From contig CM106586.1 in the NCBI GenBank assembly GCA_048013815.1, positions 12,648,001 to 12,712,000 on the forward strand: DNA of 64,000 nt, in the 5' to 3' direction. Below the pieces are notes generated by a model that ran no database searches, was not told the origin of the DNA, and saw only the letters and a list, made by a program, of their open reading frames with translations. This stretch comes from Setoptus koraiensis (taxonomy: Eukaryota > Animalia > Arthropoda). Of the stretch, positions 26,176-38,032 are shown in pieces; position 1 is the first letter of the stretch; each line of letters opens with the position of its first letter. Both the position numbers and the translations under genes were made by a program.

Positions 26176-29100
26176 GATTAATTGATCTGCAGGGTTATTT
26201 CTATTGATTTATTGTGGATAATTTGTGATTTATTATTGAAAATTACTATTTTTCAATTGAATCTAATGCAGTGGCTATAGCGTCATGTGGTGTTTATCTA
26301 TGGCTGCACTTGTGTCGGTGGGTCACTGAATAGTATTAGGTTGTTTGTTGGTAACGTGATTGCTATTATGCAATAGTTTGCGTATTAGTATACCATCAAC
26401 TATTCGATTATTTGACGTTTTCATGTAGTATTTATTTTATAAATTTATTTAATATTGTTGAAACGAAGCTCGTGATTAAGGACGATGACAGCTAATATGT
26501 CATGTGCGATGGCGATTGTGATGGATATTGTATTCAAGTCAGTGATCGGTAATTAGATAGTCATTGTCTGGCTACTCCAACTATTGTAATGATCGGTCAT
26601 TGGACTACTACCACTACTAGTGACAACTCGTGCACAACAACATAACGATAAAGAGCAACAAACTCTCATTCTAAGCAAATACACTATTATAATTATATCA
26701 AGGAACCTATTCACTACCTGAGTATGGTCCCACCTCTGGCTCTCATACTTGTCGTTTTCGTTTTGGTTGTCGCTGTTGTTGATTAAATCAATTCACTACC
26801 AACACTAAACTGTTGAAGTCTCACTATGCTTGAGACTGAGAGAAAGAGGGAGAGAATGTCAAAAATTAAATTCAATGTAGTCTAACTAGTAAGCAACCGA
26901 CACACACAACTATGCCGACTATTGACTAACTAGTCAATGGGTATGATCTAAAAACTTGTTGTCGTAGTTGCTGTAGTTAGTTCTAGTGTATGCAAGTTTA
27001 TGTTTGTGTATGTGTGTGTGTGTGTGTCTAGTTGGATAGGCCCTCTTATGTAATAGGATTATATGACATGATGGAGGCGAGAGAGAAAGTTGAAGTGATG
27101 AAGACTTGCTGTTGTTGTTACTAATGTCGCTAGTTTAGCTCTGTTGTTGGATAATCATATTTTATTTCTTACTTCGATTACTCTCACTTGCACGTACACA
27201 ATACACGCAAATAAAATTAAAACTTATTCAACAACCTCCTTGCAAACAGGCTAAGCCCACACCACCACCACCACCACTACTACTACCACCCCTGTTACTA
27301 CTATTGCCGCTGCTACCACTGCCACTACTACCATCACCAACTCAATTCAACTCAACTACTACTGGCACTAGCTTGATAATTCTTTTCACTTCTCTAACTT
27401 CTTGATTTTCGCAACTTTTCTAGCTTTCCAGCTTGTCAAATGGAGAAAGACAGCGAGAGAGAAATATCCAGTGAGTAGTAGAGGCAGGTACATCGACAAT
27501 CACAAGACTACCTCTGGCACTTGTGTGTCCAACTAGTGTACTGATAGGGTCGCGAAACTTCAACTGAGACTACTTTGCAGCCAACAAGTCTGTGCTCTAT
27601 CTGTTCGTTGCCCATTCGGCTATACGGCTAGCTAGATGATGTAAAGTCTCAATAGAAGTAGCTCAGTGAAAGTGAGCCTATTAACACTCGAATCAGCACT
27701 AGTTTAGTGAACTACGACTAGTGCTAGTATTACGTAACAGTGGCCAGTTCAAGTCTAAGCTGGCATCAACGGTTGTAACGACAACTAATACACAACAACA
27801 ACAACAACTACATATTTTACTAACCAGCTGAGGCTCATACAGGTAGTGTGTGTTTGTATTGCTGCTTAATCAACGAGCTTACCACCGCCACTAGCTAACT
27901 CGGATAACTTAGTGCTCGATGTTGCTCATTCGTTAATGATCCCATTGTAGTTGTCTTTGTTGTTGTTGTTGCTGTTGCAGGAATTGACGAAGCTATAAGG
28001 GCATAGTGATGTCTGAGTAGGTATGCATCAACTCATCAACACCAGGATATAAGAAGGATACATTAACGGTCACCGCCGATGATTGTGCCGCGAAAGAATG
28101 AAAAACGGGAGGAGTTGACAAGCCAACAACAACAACAAGCCATATGATGATGATCGCTGTGGTGGTGGCATGAGCAAGTGTGAGATCACTAGCTAATTGT
28201 AACATAAATACTACTTGTTGTTTCTTACTATGAAATGCACAACATGGTGGTAATATAAGCGACCCTTCAAACTTCTTTATGTTGATACAAATACTAATTC
28301 AGTTTCATTCCTCCACTTCATTATCATCGCCAATCGACACACAAACCCTACGATAGATGGAGGAGACAAGTGGAAAGTTGGGCAAGTTCCCTGCGGGGGC
28401 TTTTTAGAAGCTCATCTCCGGCTTGTATACAATCAATCTTTGGTAGTTGCTTGAAATATATCAGATTATATTATAGCAGCATATTGTGAAAACCGGCAAA
28501 TCAGAGTGAAATAGCGGCATGACATACAGAATAGTAAGCTGTCAGGCAGTGACAAGACGATGATCCATCATAGTTGGGTCGGCGTCATTATGCATGTAAA
28601 TAATAGTATAATTGAGTTATATAATCAAGCAGTTTGATGCGCCTGATATGGAAATAAGTCGTATATACAAGTCCTCATGCTTGCGTATCACAAAGAAACA
28701 AATTCACAGGCAATTGGATATAATTACAGCTTGCTTAAATTGCTCAGAATTTGCGCTACAATTTTAATCAAATAACCATATTATCAACACAATATGGCTT
28801 CAAATAAAGAGATAGCCACCAGTTTCAAGCCGAGACAAGTTTTGCTTGGACGAAGTGTGAGTGTTGCAAGACAATAGTAATGATGTTGATTGAATAATAA
28901 GGTAGAAAAAAGTTTAACTGGTCAAACAGCAACACTGGTCAAATGAAATCACAATCGGGGATAGGGTGAGGTTGAAAACAAAAGACGTTGATAATAAATC
29001 ACAAAATAATAGCAGTGATGATAGTTAAGTGTTAGCTGTTGTTGTTTGGTGTGACTTGTGAAATTTCCATAAACAGGTGACCACGAACAAATTGTGAGAG

Positions 29101-29599
29101 GGGGACAATCGCCCGTCTAATGACTCTCTATTGTAGTTTAATGGTCAACTGTTGGCCGTGATTTTTTCGACAAGGTCTCGAAAGTCGTTAAAAGGACAAT
29201 TCCCTGGATAAACGAAACGAGGTGTTCACAGACACACAACTCAAGTGGCAACTCAAACAATGCACACTTGTACTCAATGTTAACAAACAATGTCTACTCA
29301 ACTGGACAATAACTGTTGTTGTTAGTTAGTTCAGCCAACTAGCAACAGTTGATTGTGATATGCTGATAGGCTTGACCTAGGAAAGTCAATGTTTAGAGCT
29401 AGTGTTGCATTGTTGTTATGTGTGCGTAGCTTATCAGGCCGCCTTCATAACAGTATGTATGATGATCTAGACAAATCTCGCCAGGTAGATGTCTTTACAA
29501 TACAATGGACGCAAACACATACGAGAGCGAGAGAAAGTGAGGGATGTCGTTCCGTTGTAGTTGTCACAATGAGTGTTATTGTTGGTCGGTTGGTTAGTT

Positions 29600-29915
29600 A
29601 GTCGATTGAAATGCAGCAATTGCTATTTATTAGACATCTATCCTGACATTAGATAGGCTATAAATTGAAGAGACGAGCAAGAGTGTCGCAAATGCGATTT
29701 TTAATACACTTGAATGAATGAATCCACACCAACAAACAGTCAAAAAATACATGGCAATCAATACCGTACAATTATTTGAACTTTCAAGGTGTGTTGATTC
29801 CGATGCTGGTAGTTCCAAGATAAATGACAACAACAACAACAACAGTCAACTGCAATGTTCTTGTGTGTGCCAACTTCCTGAAACATGCCTAGCTGACACA
29901 TCAACGGTTCAGTGG
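29600..29915. promoter_or_regulatory. Conserved non-coding element upstream of the secreted-orphan family
   Basis: Alignable to 57243-57530 and, inverted, to ~43480-43770. Contains a 23-nt identical block, ACTTCCTG, AGATAA and ACTTTCAAGGTGT; reading frames are not conserved. Confidence 0.6.
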
Positions 29916-30236
29916 ACCGAATTAGTAGTTAGCTTGCTAGTAAAATAGCCAGCCACATGCCAACAAAATATTTACGTGAGGATGTGTTTGTTGTTGTTAT
30001 TGTCACATATGTCGCCAGCGAAAGTTGTTGCGCAATCACTAATCTATTAAATGGTTAAATGAAGTTATGATAGTGATTTCAAATGATACTCGAATATCAA
30101 TTGAGCCTGTAAGCGCCTCAAGTGCAAGTTGACGAATCAACCGTGTTCTAATGAACCCTCGCACCATTCCAAGTTTACCTGGTGTAACCTTACGTAATTC
30201 CTGTTTAGTGGATCAAACAAACGAACATATTAGGTA

Positions 30237-30272
<36 letters not shown>
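30237..30272. repeat. (GAC)12 microsatellite
   Basis: Read directly from the sequence. Confidence 0.95.
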
Positions 30273-30273
<1 letters not shown>

Positions 30274-31195
30274 TAGGCGACATTGAAATTGTCTCATAGA
30301 GCCACCGAGAACCAAACTAATTCGCTTTTTCACATGACCTTTTCCATTATGCTTCAATTCAATTTATCTTTTTTACAACGAGTCCATTCCTTGATTGACT
30401 TTTCCCCTCATTACTCTTCGCATAGAGTCCTATGAGCACCTACTACCTATTATAACACGGCAACCATAAATTCACATGAACATCTAGAGAGTTGTGACTC
30501 GGGTCAACTCACTCCCAGCATTCGTATGTTAGCTAGCAAAGCCACTAATGAATACTCAAAGATATGTGTCTGTGATATAAAACAACTCGGCAGCACTCTA
30601 TGCATTAGTTTTGCGAACGCTCCTTTTCACATAATCAGGTCCGATTAGGCAATTTGCTTATCTTATTTCCCATATCTAACTAGCTTCTGGCCATCAATGT
30701 CTGCCTATTTAGGGATGCAATTCCACACTCCTCTCATCATTCTATCTATAGGAAAGTGTCTATTTTTGTCAATCTGATTGAGAGACCTCCTACTAACCAG
30801 GAAAAGTGAATAGGATTATCATTGTTGCTACTATTCCATCTGTTTAGCTTCGATTGAGTCAAAAGCCCACAATTTAGGCAATTTTTGCGCTACTTTAATC
30901 TCGTTATGAATATTTGATACAACTCGAATCAGAAACATTGCACATGATAATACATACAGTAGATCTAAATCACAGGGACTATACAAAGGCCTCCCAACTA
31001 TATTTGAATAAATGAATATCATGGATTAGTTGAAACCGATTCACTTTAATTCAGTCAATAACTTAAGATTGCATGGTTGCATAGCATGATTAGATTATAA
31101 TTTTAAAACACATAGTTGTCGCAAAAGTTGACTTCAACTTTAGTGAATATCTCAGCTTCCACCTCTGTAAATAACGCCCAACAAGTTGTCTGATC

Positions 31196-32626
31196 TTAAT
31201 CTAATATAGGTTTCATGGTTTTAATTAGCCTCTCAGAGAACAACTCATCACTGTAATATTTTGCAGATTCAAATGCTTGAGTGCGTATGGCGAGACGCTC
31301 CTCTTTGGACATTTTCAGAATCTGCTCCAGCTTATCAGCAAAATCTCTAGAATCTTTAGCTAGGAATCCATTTAGTCCACCTTGTATTATATCTTTTTTG
31401 GGACCTCCACTATCATGGGCCACCATGATCAAACCGGCCGCCATACATTCTATGAGAACGATTCCAAAATGTTCGTTTGCCATAGTGTGGATTGCAACAT
31501 CTGCTTTGCCAATACCCTCGATCAAATCATCAAATGGAACATCAACTTTAATATCAACATTCTTTCGCAATCCTAACTTTGAGATTTCATCTTGTAGATA
31601 TCTGACTCGAAGTCGATCGCTGTCGTTTCTTGCCCCTCCATACAGGGTCAGCTTAGATTCTTTTGATTGAGTCTTGTCTAGAAACATTTTAAACGCCTCA
31701 AGTTGCATCAAGTGATTTTTTTCGGGCCTGAATTGAGCAATCGAAATAATGTTCAGACTTTTCTGACCATCTTTGAATCTTTGGATCGACATCGACTGCA
31801 TGACTTTTACATCACAAGGTGGGTATATAGTGAAAGCTTTGACAGCCCAAATGCTCTCTATATGCTCCCGGGTCCAATTGGAATTCACCATGACAAGATT
31901 AGCTGTGGCACCAATGTGACCATAACAAGTGGCTATAAGCCTGTAATATAACAATTTAAGTTTTCTGAGTTGAGGATAGTCAACAAATATACTACGGTTG
32001 TTAAATGAGGGATGATTAGAAGTCTCGACGTTGGTTATCATGTCTTCACTTATCATAGGATAGTGGACATAGGTAGCAATCTTACAGTTGTGGAATCGAA
32101 ATATAGGCATTGTGAAGGAGAAACCAATGCTCTCGATGAAAATGGATGGGACAATTCTGTAAGCCGCTTCCGCACCTACAAGAAATGCTGCACAATTCTG
32201 AAATAGCAGCGTCAAGTATGGGAACCTTTGGGCATCTAAATAGTGGCAGAATTTCAGCTTAACGAATTTGATTCTATTGCTATAACCCTTGCTGCCGGTA
32301 TCAGAATCGTCTTCGCAGGATATGTTTTTAGTATGTCTTTTCTTACATCTGAGATCGATCTTGAACCTTGAGGCTACGTTTTCGAGTATTCTTATTTCGT
32401 CTGTATCTGCTTCCGAATAAATGAATATGGTATATTTGGGGTAGTGGTCAAGTATAGATTTCACGGCATGCCAGAGGACCCTCTCTCCACCTCCGTGTGA
32501 GGAACAATACGGATGGAAGAACCCGATAGAATTTGGTACTCTCCTTCTTGACAGACTCCATTTTATGATTATAAATAAGATGCATCCGATAGACAATGTG
32601 AAGATAACTGCCAATAGATACGACAT
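31196..32626 (-). CDS. ALG11: GDP-Man:Man3GlcNAc2-PP-Dol alpha-1,2-mannosyltransferase
   Basis: Single ORF with an N-terminal TM segment, GFFHPYCSSHGGGERVLW, YVHYP, SIAQFRPEKNH and EHFGIVLIECMAAG. Confidence 0.97.
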   Translation of the reverse strand: MSYLLAVIFTLSIGCILFIIIKWSLSRRRVPNSIGFFHPYCSSHGGGERVLWHAVKSILDHYPKYTIFIYSEADTDEIRILENVASRFKIDLRCKKRHTKNISCEDDSDTGSKGYSNRIKFVKLKFCHYLDAQRFPYLTLLFQNCAAFLVGAEAAYRIVPSIFIESIGFSFTMPIFRFHNCKIATYVHYPMISEDMITNVETSNHPSFNNRSIFVDYPQLRKLKLLYYRLIATCYGHIGATANLVMVNSNWTREHIESIWAVKAFTIYPPCDVKVMQSMSIQRFKDGQKSLNIISIAQFRPEKNHLMQLEAFKMFLDKTQSKESKLTLYGGARNDSDRLRVRYLQDEISKLGLRKNVDIKVDVPFDDLIEGIGKADVAIHTMANEHFGIVLIECMAAGLIMVAHDSGGPKKDIIQGGLNGFLAKDSRDFADKLEQILKMSKEERLAIRTQAFESAKYYSDELFSERLIKTMKPILD

Positions 32627-32816
32627 AATTAAATTAGTGAGATAACAGTTGATAATCCAGTTAAATCACGAGCGAAACCTGTAATGAGTGACAGACTTAC
32701 CTGGGTGAAAAGGAATCCGAGATTTTTTAGCTTTCAAAACGAGCGCTACCACCAACTGCGCATGCTCTGCAGATAAAACAAGATTTACGCATGCTTTCTA
32801 GCTTCATTCCATGTCG

Positions 32817-32824
32817 CTCTTTCC
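32817..32824 (+). promoter_or_regulatory. TCT/5'TOP initiator (CTCTTTCC) of the RPS2 gene, in a bidirectional ALG11/RPS2 promoter
   Basis: CTCTTTCC is the classic ribosomal-protein gene start motif and lies ~230 nt upstream of the RPS2 ATG. Confidence 0.7.
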
Positions 32825-33047
32825 GGGTGTAGTGTTAAAGATAAATGTTCATGTCAATGCATGCTACCGCACCGGACCACAGTTTTGTATTAAGATTACC
32901 AGCGCTCGTACCCACAACTTTATTACTCAATATTGGGTCAATCAAAGAATTAATCAGCCTATCTCAGTAAAATACAGTTAAAGCCTCACTAATTTAATTT
33001 TCAAGACTCAGTTGCAAAAATATTACATTGAGCAAACAACATTCATC

Positions 33048-34173
33048 ATGGCAGAAGTGGCACCAGCCCCAAGTGGCGATCGAGGTGGTAGAGGCAGAGG
33101 TGAATTTGGTGGAAGAGGTCGCGGTCGAGGCCGTGGTGGTGGACGTGGCGGTGGACCTGGCCGTGGAGGACGCGGAGGAGCCAAAGACGGTGAAAAAGAC
33201 TGGGTTCCAGTTACAAAATTAGGTAGATTAGTGAAGGATGGAAAAATCAAGTCTCTTGAAGAGATTTACAGAATGTCACTGCCGATCAAGGAAGCAGAAA
33301 TAATCGATTATTTCATCGGCCCAAACCTCAAAGATGAGGTACTCAAGATCATGCCTGTCCAGAAACAAACTAGAGCTGGTCAGCGCACTAGATTTAAGGC
33401 CTTCGTAGCTGTCGGTGACGGAAATGGTCATGTTGGATTTGGCGTTAAATGTAGTAAAGAGGTAGCAACAGCTATCCGAGGAGCTATCACATTAGCTAAA
33501 CTATCTGTAATCCCAGTCAGGCGAGGATACTGGGGAAACAGAATAGGAAAACCCCACACTGTGCCCTGTAAAGTAAGTTACTAACATTAATTGTTTATTA
33601 CAACTGAATAGCTCCCGACACTTTGGAGACCTACTATCGGTCCTAGTGATCTTGATGGTTCTCTCTATTGAGCACCGAGAAAGTTAAGATCTTGACTGTA
33701 TCTTTACTTTTGCTCAGGTGTCACAAATCGAATGTTACTCCTCTTTCCTAATGAGAGTTGTTGAGCGACTAGTACGGCATATTCCATAGTCATCTTGTAA
33801 TGTAGTTTTTACTATCAGGACACGTTGACAGACCATGCTCGACACATTTCAACTTAAATATATGAAACAATATATCATGTAGCGGTTCAGCGTCTCTCTC
33901 ATTGTTCTATTCTAATGCTAATTCACCATCTACTATTCCTACCACCAACAGGTTAATGGTAAGTGTGGTTCAGTTAGTGTGAGACTGATACCGGCACCCA
34001 GGGGTACAGGTATCGTCTCTGCCCCAGTCCCCAAGAAATTATTGACCATGGCCGGTATTGAGGATTGTTACACGAGTGCTACCGGATCGACAGCTACTCT
34101 TGGTAATTTCGCTAAGGCCACATATCTAGCTATTCAGAAAACATATTCTTATCTGACACCAGATCTATGGTAA
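33048..34173 (+). CDS. RPS2: 40S ribosomal protein S2 (uS5)
   Basis: Exons 33048-33572 and 33952-34173. RGG-rich N-terminus, [28 protein letters not shown] and [12 protein letters not shown]. The usual residues after PDLW were not confidently located. Confidence 0.97.
33611..33728 (+). ncRNA. Candidate intronic H/ACA snoRNA
   Basis: Inside the 379-nt RPS2 intron: hairpin GCTC...GAGC with an upper stem, an imperfect H box (AGAAAG) 14 nt after the upper stem, a second hairpin, then ACA plus 3 nt. Confidence 0.4.
33760..33849 (+). ncRNA. Second structured intronic element ending in ACA-TTT
   Basis: 7-bp stem GTTGAGC/GCTCGAC encloses two sub-hairpins and is followed by ACATTT; no clear H box. 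Confidence 0.3.
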
Positions 34174-34475
34174 ATTATTTGAGATATGAAATAAAAAAAA
34201 GTATCAATTAAATACAAAATTAGAATTTGGTGCCCAAGAGTCCTTTATACACTTTTAAGATCTTTTTTTCGAACCGAAAAATCCCGTTCTCGATTTGAAA
34301 AACCCGCACTTATGTTTCTGGCGCATGCGGGTCAGCACACCAAGTTCAATCAGCGGCTCCAGAAATCAAATAAATACGCGGTTAAAACCTATTCTAGTTA
34401 GGGAATGAGCTCGTACAACTAATTCATTCATCAAAAGGCGCTTTATTATCCCGCCCTCAACTATAATCTTCAACA

Positions 34476-35012
34476 ATGTTACAGGACAATCATACTAAAG
34501 AGGAGACATCAATGGAAGGGTTTGAGCCACCTGCTCAAGACATTCGGACAAAAGATAACGGCCAAAACTCAACAGGCTCGATCGACCCGCCCTTCGTTGA
34601 GAGCATGTTGGATTGGTTCAAGAACAACGTATCAGAATATGACGAGCAATTAGTTAGGAGAAAGGCAATCAAAATGCACAACTACGTTGATAGTTGTATG
34701 ATTCAAACTTTTTCAAACTATTTCGCCGAACGAGCTGAAACCGTTGTAGATGAGCTGATGCAAGACACGGTGATACGTGTAAAGATGATTGAAGAGAAGA
34801 GGAATCACGACTGTCAGATAACAGATTCTTTGCGTTTTATTGAAGACTATTATAACACTAATCAACGAAGGATTCACCGTTTAAACCTATCTAATGATGC
34901 CAAGTCCAGACTTGAGACAGTGAGGATGTGTCACGCGCTAGTAAAATTAATGCGGCTAGACGAGACAGCACACTTAATTCAGCGATACAACGATGTCATA
35001 TCGAAAACTTGA
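34476..35012 (+). CDS. Orphan protein (178 aa, helical-looking)
   Basis: ATG-started 178-codon ORF with protein-like composition, a GCGCATGCG promoter-type motif at 34321 and AATAAA at 35231. No family recognised. Confidence 0.6.
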   Translation: MLQDNHTKEETSMEGFEPPAQDIRTKDNGQNSTGSIDPPFVESMLDWFKNNVSEYDEQLVRRKAIKMHNYVDSCMIQTFSNYFAERAETVVDELMQDTVIRVKMIEEKRNHDCQITDSLRFIEDYYNTNQRRIHRLNLSNDAKSRLETVRMCHALVKLMRLDETAHLIQRYNDVISKT

Positions 35013-35013
35013 C

Positions 35014-35459
35014 CTACGCTTTTCCAGCCTGCTCGAGATATGCAATCAAGTCTTTACGATCTTGCGGTTTCTTGAGACCAGCGAATATCATCTTTGTTCC
35101 AGGGATATACTTCTTTGGATTTTCCAAATATTCAAACAGTGTATCTGGGCCCCAGACGATACCTTAAGTAATTGTGAAGAATTTGTATCCAGAAAGAATA
35201 GCATTAGCATGATATACAGCAGAACAGTATAATAAAATTAAAAAAAAAACATACTAATAATGACACTACACACTAGAATAGACCTACCTTTGTCTATATT
35301 GGCTTTTGTGTAGTCAAAGCCCTCTACTGAGCCAGTTTTGCGCCCGAATAGACCATAAAGATTTGGTCCTTGTTTGTTGCCACCGCCTTTGGCTATCACA
35401 TGACATTGAGAACACGACCTTACGAAAATCTTTTTACCCTTCTCAGCATCTCCTTCCAT
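35014..35459 (-). CDS. CYCS: Cytochrome c (106 aa)
   Basis: Exons 35459-35288 and 35162-35014. CSQCH heme motif, [13 protein letters not shown] and [21 protein letters not shown]. Confidence 0.98.
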
Positions 35460-36129
35460 TTTGAGTTTTGTCTGTCAATGTTTAGATGAAAATGTGTGGG
35501 TATACTGCGAATTAAATAAACGAGGTAGTTAGGCCGATAATTAATATTGATGATCGAGTTGACGTTTGGTTTGATTGACCTAGTAGATTAGGTGTTCGAT
35601 ACCTTTAATTTATAAATCTTTAATGAGAGACGGTGAGGCATGCACAGTGTCTTGAGCATTTATATAGGGTGGTCCCGCAATTTCCACTACTAATGCTACT
35701 CGTGCCTTTCACAGTGCATTGTCAGTGCAGAAATGAACAGTGAAGCTTGAGCAAGCACAGATCGTGCACAGCCATGCCTGGCATTAGCAGTAGATCTTTG
35801 GAGGAGTAACATTCAGTTCAAGAGCATTTCAAGAGCGCATTCGACTAGTACTAGCGCTTGTTTCAAAAATTGATAAATCTTTCCAAAATCATGAAGTCAC
35901 CTGATTTATTTTAACTATATACTACAAGAGCAACATCGCTTTGTTGATGTCCCACAATGACACAAAAGGTCTTTTTTTATTTATCTAATTATGTCGTATT
36001 AACTGGTTGATTATAATAGGACTATATACATCTTATTTTATTTTATATCATACACCAGCATATATTATATACTATACCATTCATATACAAACACATTCAC
36101 GTACTTTATATATGTATATACATATATAG

Positions 36130-36738
<609 letters not shown>

Positions 36739-37408
36739 CACAAACAAAAAAGGTTTTTTCTATTATCTCTAAATATTAGGCTTATTAAAACTAAAGAGAG
36801 TATCCCCGCCAAAGTGAAACATGTCTCTAGTTGACGCTTAATTAGTTAATTGCAAATCTACACAGCAATCAGACACAATTGGCTCAATATTTTCTAGAGT
36901 TGACAAAACAAAGTAAATGGTCATTCTCATCAGTGGATCGGGCGACCATAGAAGTGTGATGTAGACCTTTTTAGATGTTAATACAGATTCCTCAATTCTT
37001 CAGCATGAAGATTTCTAGAGAGTCTGGCGCACCAAGCAATCAGTTGAAATAATGATATGATCTATTTTACCACAACTTCCCAACAATATTTTATTTGGCA
37101 CCACTATCTCAGCTAACATTGGTTAACATCGCTATTCCTAACGTCACTCGGACTTAGTCGCCTAGCTGAAGCTAATGTACCACCACAGATTACTCTATCA
37201 ACTATATCTATTTACTTAATGTGATTGAAACATCGATCATGAATAACAATGTACAGGTCAAGTCGAAAATGTATAAAGTAACATAACAAAAATTGTAGGA
37301 TCTGCTACTAAAACATATCCCACTCTTTCATACTCCGATTTCATCTGACTGCTTTGAGGCTACCACCTTGAGTCTCGATTCTCAATTTGTTTGGACACTT
37401 TGATAGAT

Positions 37409-38032
37409 TCAAGTCTTGATAAAGTTGTAAACCCAAACCGTATCAATTCCTTCTCCATATGAATCTATGAGCGGCAAGTTTGGTAGTGGGAAGCGACAGG
37501 CAAAAATGCACTTATCCCTAGACGAAGTCGAAACAATATATTTCTCCAGTGGCGACATTATCGTGTCTACGCCAAAGATACAGATATTATCGTAATTATC
37601 TATATTGAACTTCCACAAGTCTCTATTGTAGAATTTCGTTCTGTGAAATTGTCCTGACTTTAAAGAGATTACTCTTGAGAGCAAAACTAGAACTGGATTC
37701 AATTCTACCCCGTGTGAGCTTGTAAACAAATGTTTATGTTTGGCAGCCAATAGAACTATGTCACCTTTTCCTGACCCAATATCTAGAAATGGTTTATTTC
37801 TTATGGCATGGCGTTCGAAAGCACAAGAAAGATTGTCCAATTGTTGACTTGTGGCAGGTAGATAGGGTAAGCAATATTTACGGAATGCAGGCAACACAAA
37901 CGGAAGTGTAACTGCTACAATAGTTAAGCCGCAAGCTCCTAAGCCGATGGCAATTCTGAGTCCAGTGTTAGATGAGTTGCTTTTTTGATCTTCCTTGCAT
38001 TTCGTATTAGCATCTCTAGCGATAGTTCCCAT
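37409..38032 (-). CDS. ATPSCKMT: ATP synthase subunit c lysine methyltransferase (FAM173 family)
   Basis: TM segment followed by PFVLPAFRKYCLPYLPAT, SAM motif LDIGSGKGDIV, GVELNP and ACRFPLP. Start placed at the first ATG; the paralog FAM173A/ANTKMT is not excluded. Confidence 0.85.
   Translation of the reverse strand: MGTIARDANTKCKEDQKSNSSNTGLRIAIGLGACGLTIVAVTLPFVLPAFRKYCLPYLPATSQQLDNLSCAFERHAIRNKPFLDIGSGKGDIVLLAAKHKHLFTSSHGVELNPVLVLLSRVISLKSGQFHRTKFYNRDLWKFNIDNYDNICIFGVDTIMSPLEKYIVSTSSRDKCIFACRFPLPNLPLIDSYGEGIDTVWVYNFIKT

Noticed and set aside
22800-31100. Many 60-100-aa ORFs rich in Gln, Val or Asn in the gene-poor region
   Set aside because: Produced by CAA/TTG and similar microsatellites; no splice-consistent or domain evidence.
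32695-32704. ACTTACCTGG, identical to the 5' end of U1 snRNA
   Set aside because: No U1 stem-loops or Sm site follow. It is the reverse complement of a CCAG|GTAAGT donor, probably in the ALG11 5' region.
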